Assembly (NCBI RefSeq): GCF_018977255.1 | Contig: NW_024704743.1 | Coordinates: forward strand, 62,808,001-62,872,000 | Length of the DNA stretch: 64,000 nt | DNA from: Callorhinchus milii | Taxonomy: Eukaryota | Reading direction: 5' to 3' | Shown here: positions 50,968-64,000 of the stretch, piece by piece | How the letters are laid out: every line of letters starts with the position of its first letter | How positions within the stretch are numbered: position 1 is the first letter of the stretch | Notes under the pieces: model-generated | The model's input: the letters and a program-made list of their open reading frames with translations, nothing else | What the model was told of the DNA's origin: nothing | Databases searched by the model: none | Program-made: the position numbers and the translations under genes

Positions 50968-52975
50968 ATAAGACCATAAGACTATAAGACGTAGGAGCAG
51001 GAGTAGGCCATTCGGCCCCTCAAGCCTGCCCCGCCATTTAATAAGATCATGGCTGATCTTCTAACCTAATTCCATTTACCCGCCCTATCCCCATATTCCT
51101 TAATCCCTCTATCCTTTAGAAATCTATCAACCTCAGTCTTGAGTATGTTCAAGGACTGAGCATCCACAGCCTTCTGGGGTAGAGAGTTCCACAAATTCAC
51201 TACCCTCTGAGTGAAGAAATCTTTCCTCAACTCAGTTCGAAAAGGCTGACCCTTAATCTTGAGACTATGACCCCTAGTTATAGATTCTCCATCCAGGGGC
51301 AAGTCTCATGGCATCTACCTGTCAAGACCCTTAAGAATCTTATAGGTTTCTATAAGATCACCTCTAATTCTTCTATATTCCTGAGAATATGGGCCTAATT
51401 TACTCAACCTCTCCTCATAGGTCAACCTCCTCATCCCAGGAACCAACCTAGTGAATCTACGCTGCCCCCCTCTAAGGCGAGTATGTCCTTTCTTAAATAA
51501 GGAGACCAAAACTGCACACAATATTCTAGGTGGAGTGTCACCAAGGCCTTATACAACTGCAGAAAAACTTCTCTACTCTTGTATTCTTAACCCTTTTGCA
51601 ACAAATGCCAACATGCTATTAGCCTTCCTAGTTGCTTGCTGTACCCGCATACTAAGGTTTTGTGACTGGTGTACAAGGGCATCCAAATCTCTCTGAACGC
51701 TAACACTACCTAGTCTCTGCCCCTCCAGAAAATAATCCGCTTTTCTATTTTTACTACCTAGGTGAATAACTACACACTTCTCCACGTTATACTCCATCTG
51801 CCACCTTCTTGCCCACTTACCTAGCCTGTCTATTTCCCTTTGCATTCTTTGTGTGTCATCCTCACAGCTTACTCTCCCACCTATCTTTGTATCGTCCGCG
51901 AATTTAGATATATTAAGTTCTATTTCCTCATCTAAATCATTGATATAGACTGTATATAATTGAGGCCCAAGCACTGATCCTTGTGGCACTCCACTAGTCA
52001 CATCCTGCCAATCTGAGAAGGACCCGTTTATCCCTACTCTCTGTTTTCTTCCCGTTAGCCACTCCATGGGCTCTAATCTTATGTAACAGCCTTTTACGTG
52101 GCACCTTGTCAAATGCCTTCTGGAAATCTAAGTACACCACATCTACTGGTTCCCCCCTATCTAACCTGCTAGTTATATCCTCAAAAAACTCTATAAGATT
52201 TGTTAAACATGATTTCCCTTTCGTAAAGCCATGTTGACTCTGTCTAATCATGTTATAATTTTCTAAGTACCCCATGACGACATCCCTAATTAAGGACTCT
52301 AGAATTTTCCCTACCACAGATGTCTGATTAACTGGTCTATAGTTCCCCATTTTTTGTTTCCCTCCCTTCTTAAATATCGGCGTTACGTTTGTGACCTTCA
52401 AATTACTGGAAACCATTCCAGAATCCGGGGAATTTTGGAAGATCAAAAATAAAGCATCCACTATCTCTGCAGCCACCTCCTTTAAAACCCTAGGATGCAG
52501 GCCATCAGGTCCAGGGGATTTATCAGTTTTTAATCCTATCAATTTCTCTAGTACTATTGCTTTACTGATGTTCATTTCTTTAAGTTCCTCACTAGCATTA
52601 GCCTCCAGGTTCCCCTCTATTTTTGGTAAATTTTCAGTGTCCTCTAACGTGAAGACAGAAGCAAAATAATTGTTTAATGACTCTGCCATTTCTTTATCCC
52701 CCATTATAATTTCTCATGTCTCTCCCTGCAAAGGACCCACATTCAGTTTTGATAGTCTCTTCCTTTTTATGTACTTGTAAAAACTCTTACAATCTGTCTT
52801 TATGTTCCTAGGTAGTTTACTTTCATATTCGGTTTCTTGGTTTTCCTTTGCTGATCTCTAAAGCCCTCCCAATCCTCAGGTTTACTGCTCTTTTTGGCAG
52901 TATTATAGGCCTCTTCTTTTAATTTTATACTTTCCCTAACTTCTCCAGTTAGCCAAGGTTGAATCACTTTTCCCG
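50968..52975 (-). mobile_element. 5'-truncated, frameshifted CR1 LINE (ORF2 RT domain plus 3' tail) in a STX17 intron
   Basis: Broken ORFs with [40 protein letters not shown]; tail of TCTTAT(A/G)G repeats; boundaries approximate. Confidence 0.93.
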
Positions 52976-55900
52976 TGATGATTTTTTCAATACATCTTGA
53001 ATTTATTTTTCAAGATGTATTTGTTTCACCCTCAAAATATACAGTCGATTTAATTTACAGAATATTCTGCAACGTGCTTTGAGACACAAAAATGTGATAA
53101 GGTGCTATATCAAATGCAACAATTAGTTTTATTATTATGCTTCAGTAAGCAGAGTACCCAGGAGGATTAGGGTTAGGGTTAGGAATATCCACAATCCTTG
53201 CAATGTGATCAAGAGTGGAACGTTTTAGGACTGGGACATTTTGTACCTATTCAAAAGCAATCAAGATTTTTCTTATATGTGATGCCAATGTCAGACATTC
53301 TTGTACTCTACCCATCTCATCTGTATGTGTCGGGAGATTCCACAATCTGCTCATATTGGGATCAGCTGTTATTTTCAGGTTTCCACCTACTTTCCACCTG
53401 TAATAGGGGTTCTTAAATTCACCACAGGTGATCTTTTACAGAAGGCTCTTATAATTTTCCTGTACAAGGTTTTTTACCTGTAGTATTGTACCATGAGAAT
53501 TTCATTTGGATTTCATATGTGGTAAAATGCTGTGTTTTGTGGCACTTAATCTTTAGTGACTCGGGAGTAAAGAGGTGGCTGTTACCTCATGCTGTCTCTC
53601 TTTGTGAAATTCTGAGTCACACAAGCTGCGCAGTGCAGTGCAGTGTGATATACATGCATATGGATTTGGTGGAACTAGCCTTTAAAATGCATAATTCAGC
53701 TTCTTTTGCATTTTATTATATTGCATGAAATAAACAGTTTAAAGGAAAGCTTTAGGATAAGGATGTACCACTGTTTTTTTACAGACCTCACCATATGGAA
53801 GCAGGTCTCCTCAATCGTCTGCTCTGTCTTTGCAGCGTTTGCAGGCAAGGTGCTGAAACATGACGTTTCTCCCCTCCTCCTCGGCTCCCAGACCTCTGCC
53901 CCACATTGCTCCACTATAAACAATCAGCTGAGCGTGCTGGGAGCAGAGGGTTAGCAAAAAGAGTGTTTCCACACCTAGCAAAAACGTGATAAAGATGGCA
54001 ACCTTGACTTGGAACTCAGCCACGTTGTGGTGACGTCTGAATAAAAATGTCACTTAGCATTTTTATGGACTTCGGAAGAGATATGTGGACTTAGATGTAA
54101 TCCTCCCCACCCACCCCCCCTCACACAGTTGAACAGCCTGCCAAAACTCACCATCTCATACATGGACAATAGTTGTTTGAGTGAGATACCGGAGGGTGCT
54201 TGGAAGACTGTATACCCTAAGCAAAAAGGAGTCAATCAGTTTCAAGAGAGGAGAAAGAAAGGAGATGAAAACTTGAAATTTAGATCATTGCCAAGCCTCA
54301 TTTTGTTGGTTTATCAGGGCTTTTTGCTATTTTATTTTTCACCAATTTGACTTCCAGTAGCTTTTATCACTATCAAATTTCTAAGACAACTCATCCATTT
54401 GTCTTTCTACAAACTATAATTCTGCCTTTAATTTGTTTTTCCTTTCAACTGCCCGAGTAATAGAGTTGTCTTTAATCTGTAAATGTTGATCGGTTTTGCT
54501 TTCTCTCTCTACCTCATAGCTCAGTTAAAATGGCTCAAAATAAAGATCCCCACAATTAAATTTTAGTGCGAAATGATATTTATATTTTCTTCTATTACCT
54601 CCTATCATGTATCTTTAGCTGGGAGGATGAGTCAGCATGATCCACATCTTTCATGTTTCAGCACCTGCAGCACTGAGCAGTTGAAAGATGCATTTCTACA
54701 CAATAGTGATCCTAATCCTTGCATTTGATAGAGCCAGTTACTAAATATTTCAGAATCCTGGCAATCTATTAGTAAAGCTACCCACTGTATATTCTAACTA
54801 TTCATTTCCCTAAGGACTGCCAGTTCATGTAGACCTACATCTGTGCAAGTCTATTTGAAGGAAAATTGTTTTAATTATTCTTCAATTTGATTTTACAGGT
54901 TATTTTAAGTTTAAAGTCCTCTTTAGCCCTTTAGACCTTCCCCCACCCAACATGCCATATATCAATTTCCAACTAAGAGAAGCTGTTACAGTCCTGTGGG
55001 CATTGCTGTCCCTGAAACAGCTCCAGGCTCTACCAACACCTTGGGGTGCCACAGTCTCCTGATTTCTCACTAAAACACACTCTCCTCATGGACACATGCT
55101 CAGATCCAGTCAGGTGGAATGAATAAGATCTGGAGCTATGTGTGTGATGCATTTCTCAAATGCCCAGCTCACTGGACTCCCTGAGTCCTCCCTACAGGCA
55201 GACTATCTAACATTCTACAACCCACGTCCTCGGCCGCACCAGGCTCCACTAGTCTATCTCCCCCATCATTGCTCAGCTCCATTGGCTCAGCATCACTCAG
55301 CGGATTCAATTCAAGATCATCATCCTCACATTCAGATACCTCACCTTACCTCTGCAACGTTGATGCCCCAGTCGCTCCCTCATGCCATAGTATAATAATG
55401 ATAATCCTCCCATTTGATATAGCACCTTATCAAAGGGCGAAAAGCCCACAAAATATTAGAACATCAGAGCCGTTTGCCACTTCTCAAACAATAATTCTCA
55501 AATATTAGTATATGATTCTTGATGTTACAGCAAATAGGAAATGACAACTGTGGTGACTTAATGAAATTGATCATTTTTTGCACTTTGAAATGGGTCTGAG
55601 AAATTGGACGCAGATAACATTAGAACATTCACACTTGCCCTGATTGCATCTCCCAACTCCATCTCCAAATCAATTTAAATCTTTGAATCTATTGATGTTC
55701 AGCTATAGAGCTGTTCAGTTTGATACTTGTCCTCAATCCTGGTCATGTCCGCACAAGATGTCTGACCACTAAAAGCGCAATTTGACACAGCACATTTTAG
55801 ATTACCAAACAATAATGTTAATCTCCACAAATCACTAGAGGGGGATTTAATAAACTGAGTTTATAAAGAATAAAACACGAGATTTCTAATCAATAACAAA

Positions 55901-56337
55901 AAAATCTGTTTAATTTCACTATGTATGGCTGTAAGAATACAGAAATCACACAGTTGAAGTGGAACTGGAAGCACAGTTCAGTGCTCCAAGATGACATGTT
56001 TCAGACTTGTGATGAAAACCCTCATGACTGTGCTGTCAGCAGAGGCTGAGTCTTTCAGCAGTGAGTGGATGGGAAAATTGAGGGTATTTTTGCCTTTGGT
56101 CACCTTCCTCCCCATCCCCCTGGCTCAGCCCCGTTACTGTGAAGCGCTCTGAGACACTGTCCGGTGTGGAGGGTGCTATATAAATCCAAGTTGTTGTTGA
56201 ATTCTCAGCTTCCAGCCCATCCCTCTACCCATAACAAGTTTTTCAGTGTACCAAAGTTTTTCGGTGTATTAAAGAAATTATGCAGTTAGAATTTTAATTA
56301 GAAAGTCAGCGAACAGACTAGGATCAAATTTGTACCA

Positions 56338-56990
56338 CAAAACAACAACAACAACTTGCACTTATATAATGGCCTCCAAGCAGGGTAGCATCTCAGAGCG
56401 CTTAACAGTGGCGGAGCCTGACTCCGGGCCGGTGAGGGGGGAGGTAGCCTTAAGTATGATCGAAGAGGAAGGTTTTCAGGCAGGGCTTGAAAAAGGGGGG
56501 CAAGGCGGAGGGATTGAGGGAGAGTGCTCCAGAGCTTCGGGGTGTAGTGGCTGAAAGCGTGACCTCCGATGGTGGGGCAGAGGGTGCGAGGGACGAGCAG
56601 GAGGCCGGTGCCAGTCGAGCGTAGGCACTGGTTGGTGGATTCGAGAGAGAGGAGGTCAGAGAGGTAGGGAGGTGCCAGAGAGTGAAGGGATTTGAACACG
56701 AGTGTGAGGATTTGAAGTCGATCCGTTTGGTGATGGGGAGCCAGTGGAGCCTGGCTAGAACTGGTGAGATGGGGATATGGAGTTTGGTCCGGGTCAGTAT
56801 GAGGGCGGCAGAGTTCTGAATGAGCGGAGCTTTTGAATAGTGGAGCTGGAGAGACCGGCGAGGAGTGCGATTGAATAATCCAGGCGGGAGGTGACAAACT
56901 CGCACATGAGGATTTGGACTGCATTTGGGGTAAGGTATGGTCAGAAGCAGACAAAGTGGCGGAGGTGGAAGAAGGTGGTCCTGGTCACCA
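56338..56990 (-). mobile_element. L2 3' fragment with (CAA)n tail on the plus strand
   Basis: LIQNSAALILTRTK..ISPVLARLHWLPITKRIDFK..LKTFLF. Confidence 0.87.
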
Positions 56991-57317
56991 ACAAGAGTCA
57001 CCAACTTCCATTTTTCTGGATAGATTTACACAGTAAGCAGCTATCTATTTAATTCAACTCAAAATGTTATCCTATTTAGTTATAAAGTGAATAGGTACAC
57101 CAGAATTTTTTTTTAGTACATGAAATTTTAGTACATCTGAGTTCATGTCCATATCCTTTCAAACATGTTCTGTTGTCACATTTGAACAAAATTATGGGCA
57201 TGGAAAAGGCATCACATGGTCCCTTATCATTATGTCCTGTGACCTGCCGCTGGTTTGTATCTATCATTGCTAATAGAGAATTTCCCCAATGACACTAAGT
57301 TGAGGGAGAAGACATGT

Positions 57318-57643
57318 AATAATAATAATAATAATAATAATCCTTGCATTTGATATAGAGCTTTTCACGTCAGGAGGACGTCCCAAAGCGCTTCACAGAA
57401 CACACTGTAAAGTGAATTGACTGTATATTTGTGGGCGAACACGGCAGCCAATTGCGCACAGCAGTGTCCCACAAACAGTCGTAGATTGAAAATGACCAAT
57501 TTATTATTGTTTTTGATTTTGGAGGGATTATTATTAGGCGTGTGGAGTAAGGAAACTTGCCCAAGGTTTCGCCCTGCCTGGAATTGAACTCAGGTCTGTC
57601 ACTTGCAAAGCGAGTGCTCTAACCACTGAGCTACAGGACTCCA
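57318..57643 (-). mobile_element. tRNA-derived SINE, short form, full length with long (AAT)n
   Basis: Near-consensus copy of the family. Confidence 0.9.
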
Positions 57644-58799
57644 CGGAAATGTAGGAAATTAGGTAAATATAAACTTAAAGAATGTTCCTCGGCAGCCAAG
57701 TAACCTCACACAGAATGTAGGACACCGGCTTCCAAGCTACCCGGGCTTTCAGCCACCTGAACCAGCCAACCACTGTGGCAAACCTGGACAGTTCTCGGCT
57801 GAACCACTAGATGGAAGACCTCACCCTGGTGGGACGGCACATCTGAGTAAGGAGAAGGGGGTAATTGGAGAAGGAAAGACCCATCGTTTTGAAACCAGAT
57901 ATGTGAGAAATGTTCACAAAATTTCCCTACAAACAATGTCAACAGTGAAGGATGTGAAAATGATTCAAAAGTAGTCAAAATGTCAAGAGACACAGATGTC
58001 CAAATGTCACCACAAACCCAAAGGTCTCATTGTTCAAAAATATAATTCTTACAAAAAAAATCGTTTTAGTGCAAGACAGAAACTAGTTCAAGTGCTATTT
58101 TTAAATGTGTGTTTTGGGCTAGCTATGAACTATAGCAGCTACTGTATTTTACACAGAATAATTTTAGTACAATCTTTAAAGGCTAAGTTAATAACCAGAC
58201 AAAATTGGAAACTTTTCATTGCCAATGTCTATTTTGCCATTGATTCAGATTAATGCAACACTTGATTGACATCTTTAACTCAATAAGCAAATAAGAACCT
58301 AAATATATGGAGATCAGATACTAACAGGGCAGCATTTTCTTCAATTCTCAATACCAATCCGGGTTCACGTTTCTTGCGTAGTGCTTGAAATGCAAAGTAA
58401 AGGTCTAATTCAAATTTTTTAAAAATAGTATTCATAAAAAATATAAAGGAATAGAACTGTTCATCAAAATATTTCCCCTTTAATATTTACCCAATATATT
58501 TACAGAGCTATGGTCACAAGAGAGGTTTAGATGAATGTATTCTTTAGTCTGTTTGAGCTCATTCTTCCAGAATACCTACCTACTTTCTTCTTAACCTCCT
58601 ACAGGAAGCTCTCTCTTAAATAAGTCCAGCGCTTTGGCCTCTACCAACCTTCCTGTTAATCTGTTCCAACCATTGTGCTTGTTATTATTTATTAATATAA
58701 TATATACAATTATTTATTACTATTAATATTAACCCTTGAATGTGGTATGGCACCTTTCACGTCAAGAGGTCATCCCAAAGCACAGGATGTATTGTAAAC

Positions 58800-59790
58800 G
58801 ACAACAACAACAAAATTACATTTGTAAAGCGCCTTTCACGTCGCGAGGATGTCCCAAGGTGCTGGAACAACAGAGTTACGGACCCAAGCTGGGGGTAGGG
58901 CTGGGGGAGGGTGGAGGGCGGGGGGTATGCAGGGTGATCAAAAGCACAGTCGAAGAGGAGGATCTTGAGATGGGGCCTGAAGGTGGCAATGGAGGGGACG
59001 AGACGGTGGGACTGCGGGTTGGAGTTCCAGAGGGGGGGGGCAGCAGCCCTGCCCACCAATAGTGGGGAGAGCGAGGCGGGGGATGTGAAGCAGGCCGAAG
59101 CCCACTGAGCGGAGGGAGCAAAGAGGATGGTAGGGGTTTAGGAGGTTGCAGATGTAGGGAGGATCAAGACTGTGGAGGACTTTGAAGGTGAGGACTAAGA
59201 TCTTGAAATGTATCCTCTGTGGGATGGGAAGCCAGTGGAGTCGGGCGAGGATGGGGATGATAGGGTCGCAGAGCCTAGTGCGGGAGAGGACATGGGCTGC
59301 AGTTCTGGATGATCTGCAGCCTATGGAGGGAGGAGTTGTTGACGATCAACTGAAGAAAGTTAGCTCTCATCCAGGACGATGTCTGACAGACATTCTCTCA
59401 GCACAGCAGTGGTCCTGGAATGAAGAATGGAGGCAGAAAGGTATAGTTGGGTGTCATCCACACACATGTGGAAGTTGACCCCATGTCTGTGGATGATGTC
59501 ACCAAGATGGAGCATATAGATATTGAAGAGGAGGGGACCAAGCACAGAGCCCTGAGGAACGCAGCATGAGAAGAGAATTCGTTTGTGGAGATGAAGTGGA
59601 GGTGGTGTGAGAGGTACAATCTGAACCAGTCAAGAACAGCACCATGAAGATTGAGGTGAGAGGAGAGGCGGTGGATGAGGATAGAGTGGTCGATGGTGTC
59701 GAAAACAGCAGAGAGGTCAAGTAGGACAAGGAGGCAGTGGGAGCCCTGGTCGCAGATGAACACAATGTCATTCATCACTTTGACCCCTAG
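58800..59790 (-). mobile_element. L2 fragment (partial RT plus 3' tail, internally deleted)
   Basis: [44 protein letters not shown]; (CAA)n tail at 58801. Confidence 0.88.
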
Positions 59791-59793
59791 AGC

Positions 59794-60082
59794 AGAGTGA
59801 TTGTATTTTATGGGCAAATGCGGCTGCCAAGTTGCACACAGCAATATTCTACCAACAACCATGAAATAAATGACCAATTTTATTTGGGGGATTGTTGACC
59901 ATGATACAGCAGAAACGCCCTTCTCTTTTCGAATAGTGCTGTGGGATCTTTAACGTCCACCTAAACAGACAGCCTCTGTTTTAATGTCTCATCTGAAGGA
60001 CGGCACCTCCAACACGTAGCACCACAACACTGCATTGAAGGGTCAGTTGAGAATGTATGAGTGGGGCCTGAACCCACAATCT
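59794..60082 (-). mobile_element. Deu-domain SINE whose tail is split off by an L2 insertion
   Basis: gggatctttaacgtccacct..tctcatctgaaggacggcacctcc..gaacccacaatcttctgtctcagaggc. Confidence 0.75.
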
Positions 60083-60288
60083 TCTGTCTCAGAGGCAAAA
60101 GCCAGCCTGACACACAATTACCAACTGAGCCAGCCTGACACACATTCAACGGCTCCCTGTGTAAACAAAAATCCTAATGTCAAATTGCTATTTGCAACCA
60201 TTAACCTGACTTGTCTTGGAATATCTGAAAGTATTGTTCTAAGTTTACTTTCACTATCCCATTTAGCTCTCTAACAATCCCTTAAGAC

Positions 60289-60661
60289 TAATAATCCTTG
60301 CATTTGATATAGCACAATATCATGTCTTCGAGATGTCTCAATGCGCTTCACAGAATATACTGTAAAGTGAATTGACTGTATATTTTATGGGCAAAACGCG
60401 GCAGCCAATTGCACACAGCAGTGTCCCACAAACAGTCTTTGATTGAAGTGACCAATTTATTATTATTATTTTTTTTGGAGGAAATATTAACTCCGGAAAA
60501 GCGATCCGCCAATCGACTAACAACCAGGTTCCTACTTACTGCTAGGAAAATAGAGGTGTGTGGAGTAAGGAAACTTGCCCAACATTTCACCCTGCCAGGA
60601 ATCGAACCAAGGTCCCTCGCTTGTGAGGCAAGTGCTCTAACCACTGAGCTACAGGACTCCA
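60289..60661 (-). mobile_element. tRNA-derived SINE, long form, full length
   Basis: Head, internal segment and tail all present. Confidence 0.9.
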
Positions 60662-60889
60662 CAATCCTATCTTATCTAGTAGCTCCTCATAGCTCATCTA
60701 TCAACATGCTTAGCATTTCTAGTATGCTCCTTTGAAAAGGATTCACAGAAAGATGATGAGCAGAATTCACTTTTCGTGAAGTATCCAGAGGTTAAAACGT
60801 TTTGTTTTGGTCAGCTGCAGTCTGATAACTGCAGAAACCCATCACTTGTCTTGCTGACTTGGAATATCTGTAAGTATTGTTCTGAGTTT

Positions 60890-61022
60890 GCAATTGGCTG
60901 CTGCATTTCGCCTACAAAAATATGCAGTCAATTCACTTTACAGTATATTCTGTGAAGCGCTTTGAGACGTCTCGAAGACACGATAAGGCACTATGTCAAA
61001 TGCAAGGGTTATTATTATTAGT
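60890..61022 (+). mobile_element. SINE 3' tail fragment
   Basis: gcaattggctgc..cagtcaattcactttacagtatattctgtgaagcgc..(att)n. Confidence 0.85.
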
Positions 61023-63450
61023 ATTATTTACTGAGTTGAAACACAATGGGTCAAATGACATCCTTCAGTGATGTAAGCTGTCTATGATTCCTTTTTATTG
61101 AAGGGAGTGAAACCTTCTATTTGTTTTTGCATTTTGGAAAACATTTTTAATTCTTCAGATGAAATGTTAGCATTCACATAAACCAGTCAATAAATCAACC
61201 TTAGCCAGGAGAACAACAGGAAATATACATAATGACATCACAATTCTCTGCTTCAGAGAAGGGAAGTGTTTTTTTTAAATCAACATTTGTGAACATTATA
61301 AGTTTTTCGCTCAAAAATGTAGGAAACTCCAAACTTCTGCTTTTAGAGAAATCTCTTGCTGCTTTGATCTAATTTATTCAGAAAACAAAATGCCTAAGCA
61401 TTAATAATCTGGTTATCGACCTAAATAAGCAACTAATGCATACAATGAACTAAAGCAGGAAAAGACACCTACTGAGCACTCACCATGGAATTCTGGTGAG
61501 GAAGTCTTAACTTTCACCTGCCCTTTTCTCCAGGTACAGCCAGTGAAAGGGATCAGATTGTTTGTTTTTCCAGTGTAACTGTTTGTTATATAAATGCAAG
61601 TTGTTGTGTTGCTGCTGCTGTTGTTGTTAGAGAAAACAAGGACAAGCACAGACATTTGACATCCCAACTTGCCATCGTTAAAATTATTAATTACAGCAAA
61701 AAAACAGTAAATCAAAAGGTGAAAGTGGAGCCCAAAGCAAAGGTTAATAAAACAGCACCAGAAACAACACAAAATGATAGCATGACAAAAGTAACTATAT
61801 ACCTGAAAAATCTTAGCAGAAATACGTCTAGGTTTGATTCCAATGTGTTCATAGATATATTTTGAGATATTTTTAATGTATTAAGTCAGGTTTCCTTTCT
61901 TTGTGTGATCTCTCCGAGGTTAAACACCAACAGCATTACACTGGGGCACATACTTGCTCCCTCTTTGCCACCAATGCTCTGAGACAGCTGCTGCAAGATA
62001 CCTGAGAACAGGCCAGGGCCAAATACTGGGGCTCGAAAAGCAGTGGTTCACTGTTAACAATGTGAAATTCTGCCTGAATCTGGCTGACTCACAGTATCTC
62101 TGCAACTCCCAGAGCATCAAATCCAGTTTGAAAATATCACAAATTACACCCCATTCTCACGGATAAACCCAATTTACCTACTCTAGTTAAATCCATAATT
62201 TACAAAGACAGGAGAAGGGCTGCTGACTGTCAGTAAAAAAGAAACCCTAAGTACAGTACCTGGAAACTCATCTCTCAATACTATATTGAATTTGCATTGC
62301 ACTGTTCACATCATTGGCTTCATTGTCACTGCACATTCCAGAGTAGAAAACAATCTGGAATTTACCCCTGAATAAGATCATCAGCTTACAGTGCAAGCCA
62401 TGTTCAGTAAGACAGTTGAGTAGGACAGCTAATTTTAGATATAGGCATGCTCCCCAGTCACCAGTCAACATACATGCCATTCAATCCATACCATCAAAGT
62501 AAATGGTTTGTCATCACTTGGCTCACTTTGTCATCACTGTGTCCCATGATGAGTAAACTTTCCTATGTAACAGTAAAGCACACACCATCCGTCAGCTATT
62601 CGTGCACGTGGCCAGCCAGCCTGAGCCAAAGGCAGCCCTGAGATGGAGTTTCGTCTTTATTTATGCAGCAGCTATTGCAATTGCCGAACATGTGCCCTAC
62701 TGTCAATCGAGAACATCAAACAAGGAGGGGACCAGTTCAGAACTAAGGACTCGATCTCTGGCATTGCAAGTGTTTGACTGCTGGTCACAGTCACAGACAG
62801 AATCAATTTTGCAAAGGACAGATTCCAGAGGTGTTCTGCTTACACCACGTGAAATGATGAAAGGCTGTGCAGATTAAAACAAACACACTGAATTAATTAC
62901 GGGTCAGATAATGAACAAATTAGTTAACTTGTCATCAAGTTAGCCAGTGCTAGCATGGTGCCGGTACTGTACGCACGTCTAATTCAGACACACAGAAAAC
63001 AGCTGACATTGTTGAGATAACAGAACACTGTGATATATTGTCAGCCTTTATTTTGTTCACTGGCAACAGACACATAGTGGCAGAAAAATGCAATGCAAAC
63101 GAGCAGGGGGTTCATTCTATGTGACGACTGAGCAAGTCGTCAACTCCACAATCACTCATGGCACTGTAACATTCCAATTTGAATATCAAAACTAGTTGGC
63201 ACAGCCATAAATGGTTCCATTTAAACTTGTCATCCATTTATCCAGCCTCCAGAGGACACATTTTGGCAGAATGACCACTCGGCAATTATGCCACCCAGTG
63301 AGTCATCTCGTCTGCCATATGCCCTCTCTTCCACGAAAAGCATTGTATATCAAGGGAAAGGTAGGGAATTTTGAATTGCAAAACTACATAAAAAGAAGCA
63401 ACTGGCTCAGATAAGGTTTTACAAAAACAGAACACTACAAATTACTTTAA

Positions 63451-63690
63451 ATAATAATAATAATAATCCTTGCATTTGATATAGCGCTTTTCACGTCGGG
63501 AGGACGTCCCAAAGCGCTTCACAGAACACACTGTGAAGTGAATTGACTGTATATTTGTGGGCGAACGCGGCAGCCAATTGCGCACAGCAATGTCCCACAA
63601 ACAGTCGTAGATTGAAAATGACCAATTTTATTAGGGATTATTATTAGGCTCTGTGCGGAGTAAGGAAACTTGCCCAAGTTTTCGTCCTGC
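63451..63690 (-). mobile_element. tRNA-derived SINE, short form, head truncated
   Basis: Tail and body nearly identical to the 57318 copy; stops at ttcgtcctgc. Confidence 0.87.
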
Positions 63691-64000
63691 TATAAAGTAC
63701 TAGAATAGGATTGTTCATGACCCATGGATCTTCCATATTCTCCAAAAACAATTTATTTCAACATGGATTATTTACAATGCATGTTTTTCTTTCAACCCTA
63801 TAAAAACATGTCAAAACTGTTTTAAAAGCAAACTAAACTCTCAAAAGTACTAGTTACTTGAAAACCCTAAATAGTTCTGGTATTCAATTACTGCTGACAC
63901 CACTATCAAAAACTGGAATTGACAGTCCAGTTTTTAAGGAGGCTAACAGAAAGTTCTAAAATATACAGCCTGCCAGGAGTGGCAGTGGATGAAGCAAAAG

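Noticed and set aside
53167..53183. TTAGGG repeats resembling an interstitial telomere
   Set aside because: Fewer than three units; too short to distinguish from chance
46454..64000. Search for upstream STX17 exons (YQRCRIWDKLHEEHINAGRTVQ-like and the start exon)
   Set aside because: No matching minus-strand exon seen by eye; probably beyond the window, although a missed diverged exon cannot be excluded
1..64000. CRISPR arrays, operons or other prokaryote-type systems
   Set aside because: The sequence is a spliced vertebrate locus; recurring motifs are dispersed SINE and LINE tails, not regularly spaced arrays

Overview
Vertebrate genomic DNA, intron-rich and repeat-rich. The repeat set (Deu-domain SINEs, tRNA-headed SINEs with L2-type tails, L2 and CR1 LINEs) suggests a cartilaginous fish, probably a holocephalan (inference). 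The window holds two convergent, tail-to-tail genes. ERP44 (+) has coding exons 2-12 at 11550-37154, with the CRFS motif and C-terminal RDEL; exon 1 was not found and presumably lies upstream. STX17 (-) has its last five coding exons at 46453-38136; the N-terminal exons were not found and presumably lie beyond 64000. All exons were joined by hand and splice phases are consistent. The best observations are: a GC-AG intron in STX17; a STX17 C-terminus that looks cut short by one extra base; a NAGNAG acceptor at the last ERP44 exon; a ~160-bp insert with a minimal hammerhead-ribozyme-like core nested in a CR1 fragment; a 99-bp Tc1/mariner MITE; long and short forms of a young SINE; and an unclassified three-copy repeat. 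I found no convincing evidence for a wholly new biological system. Most ORFs in the supplied track are intronic or repeat noise.
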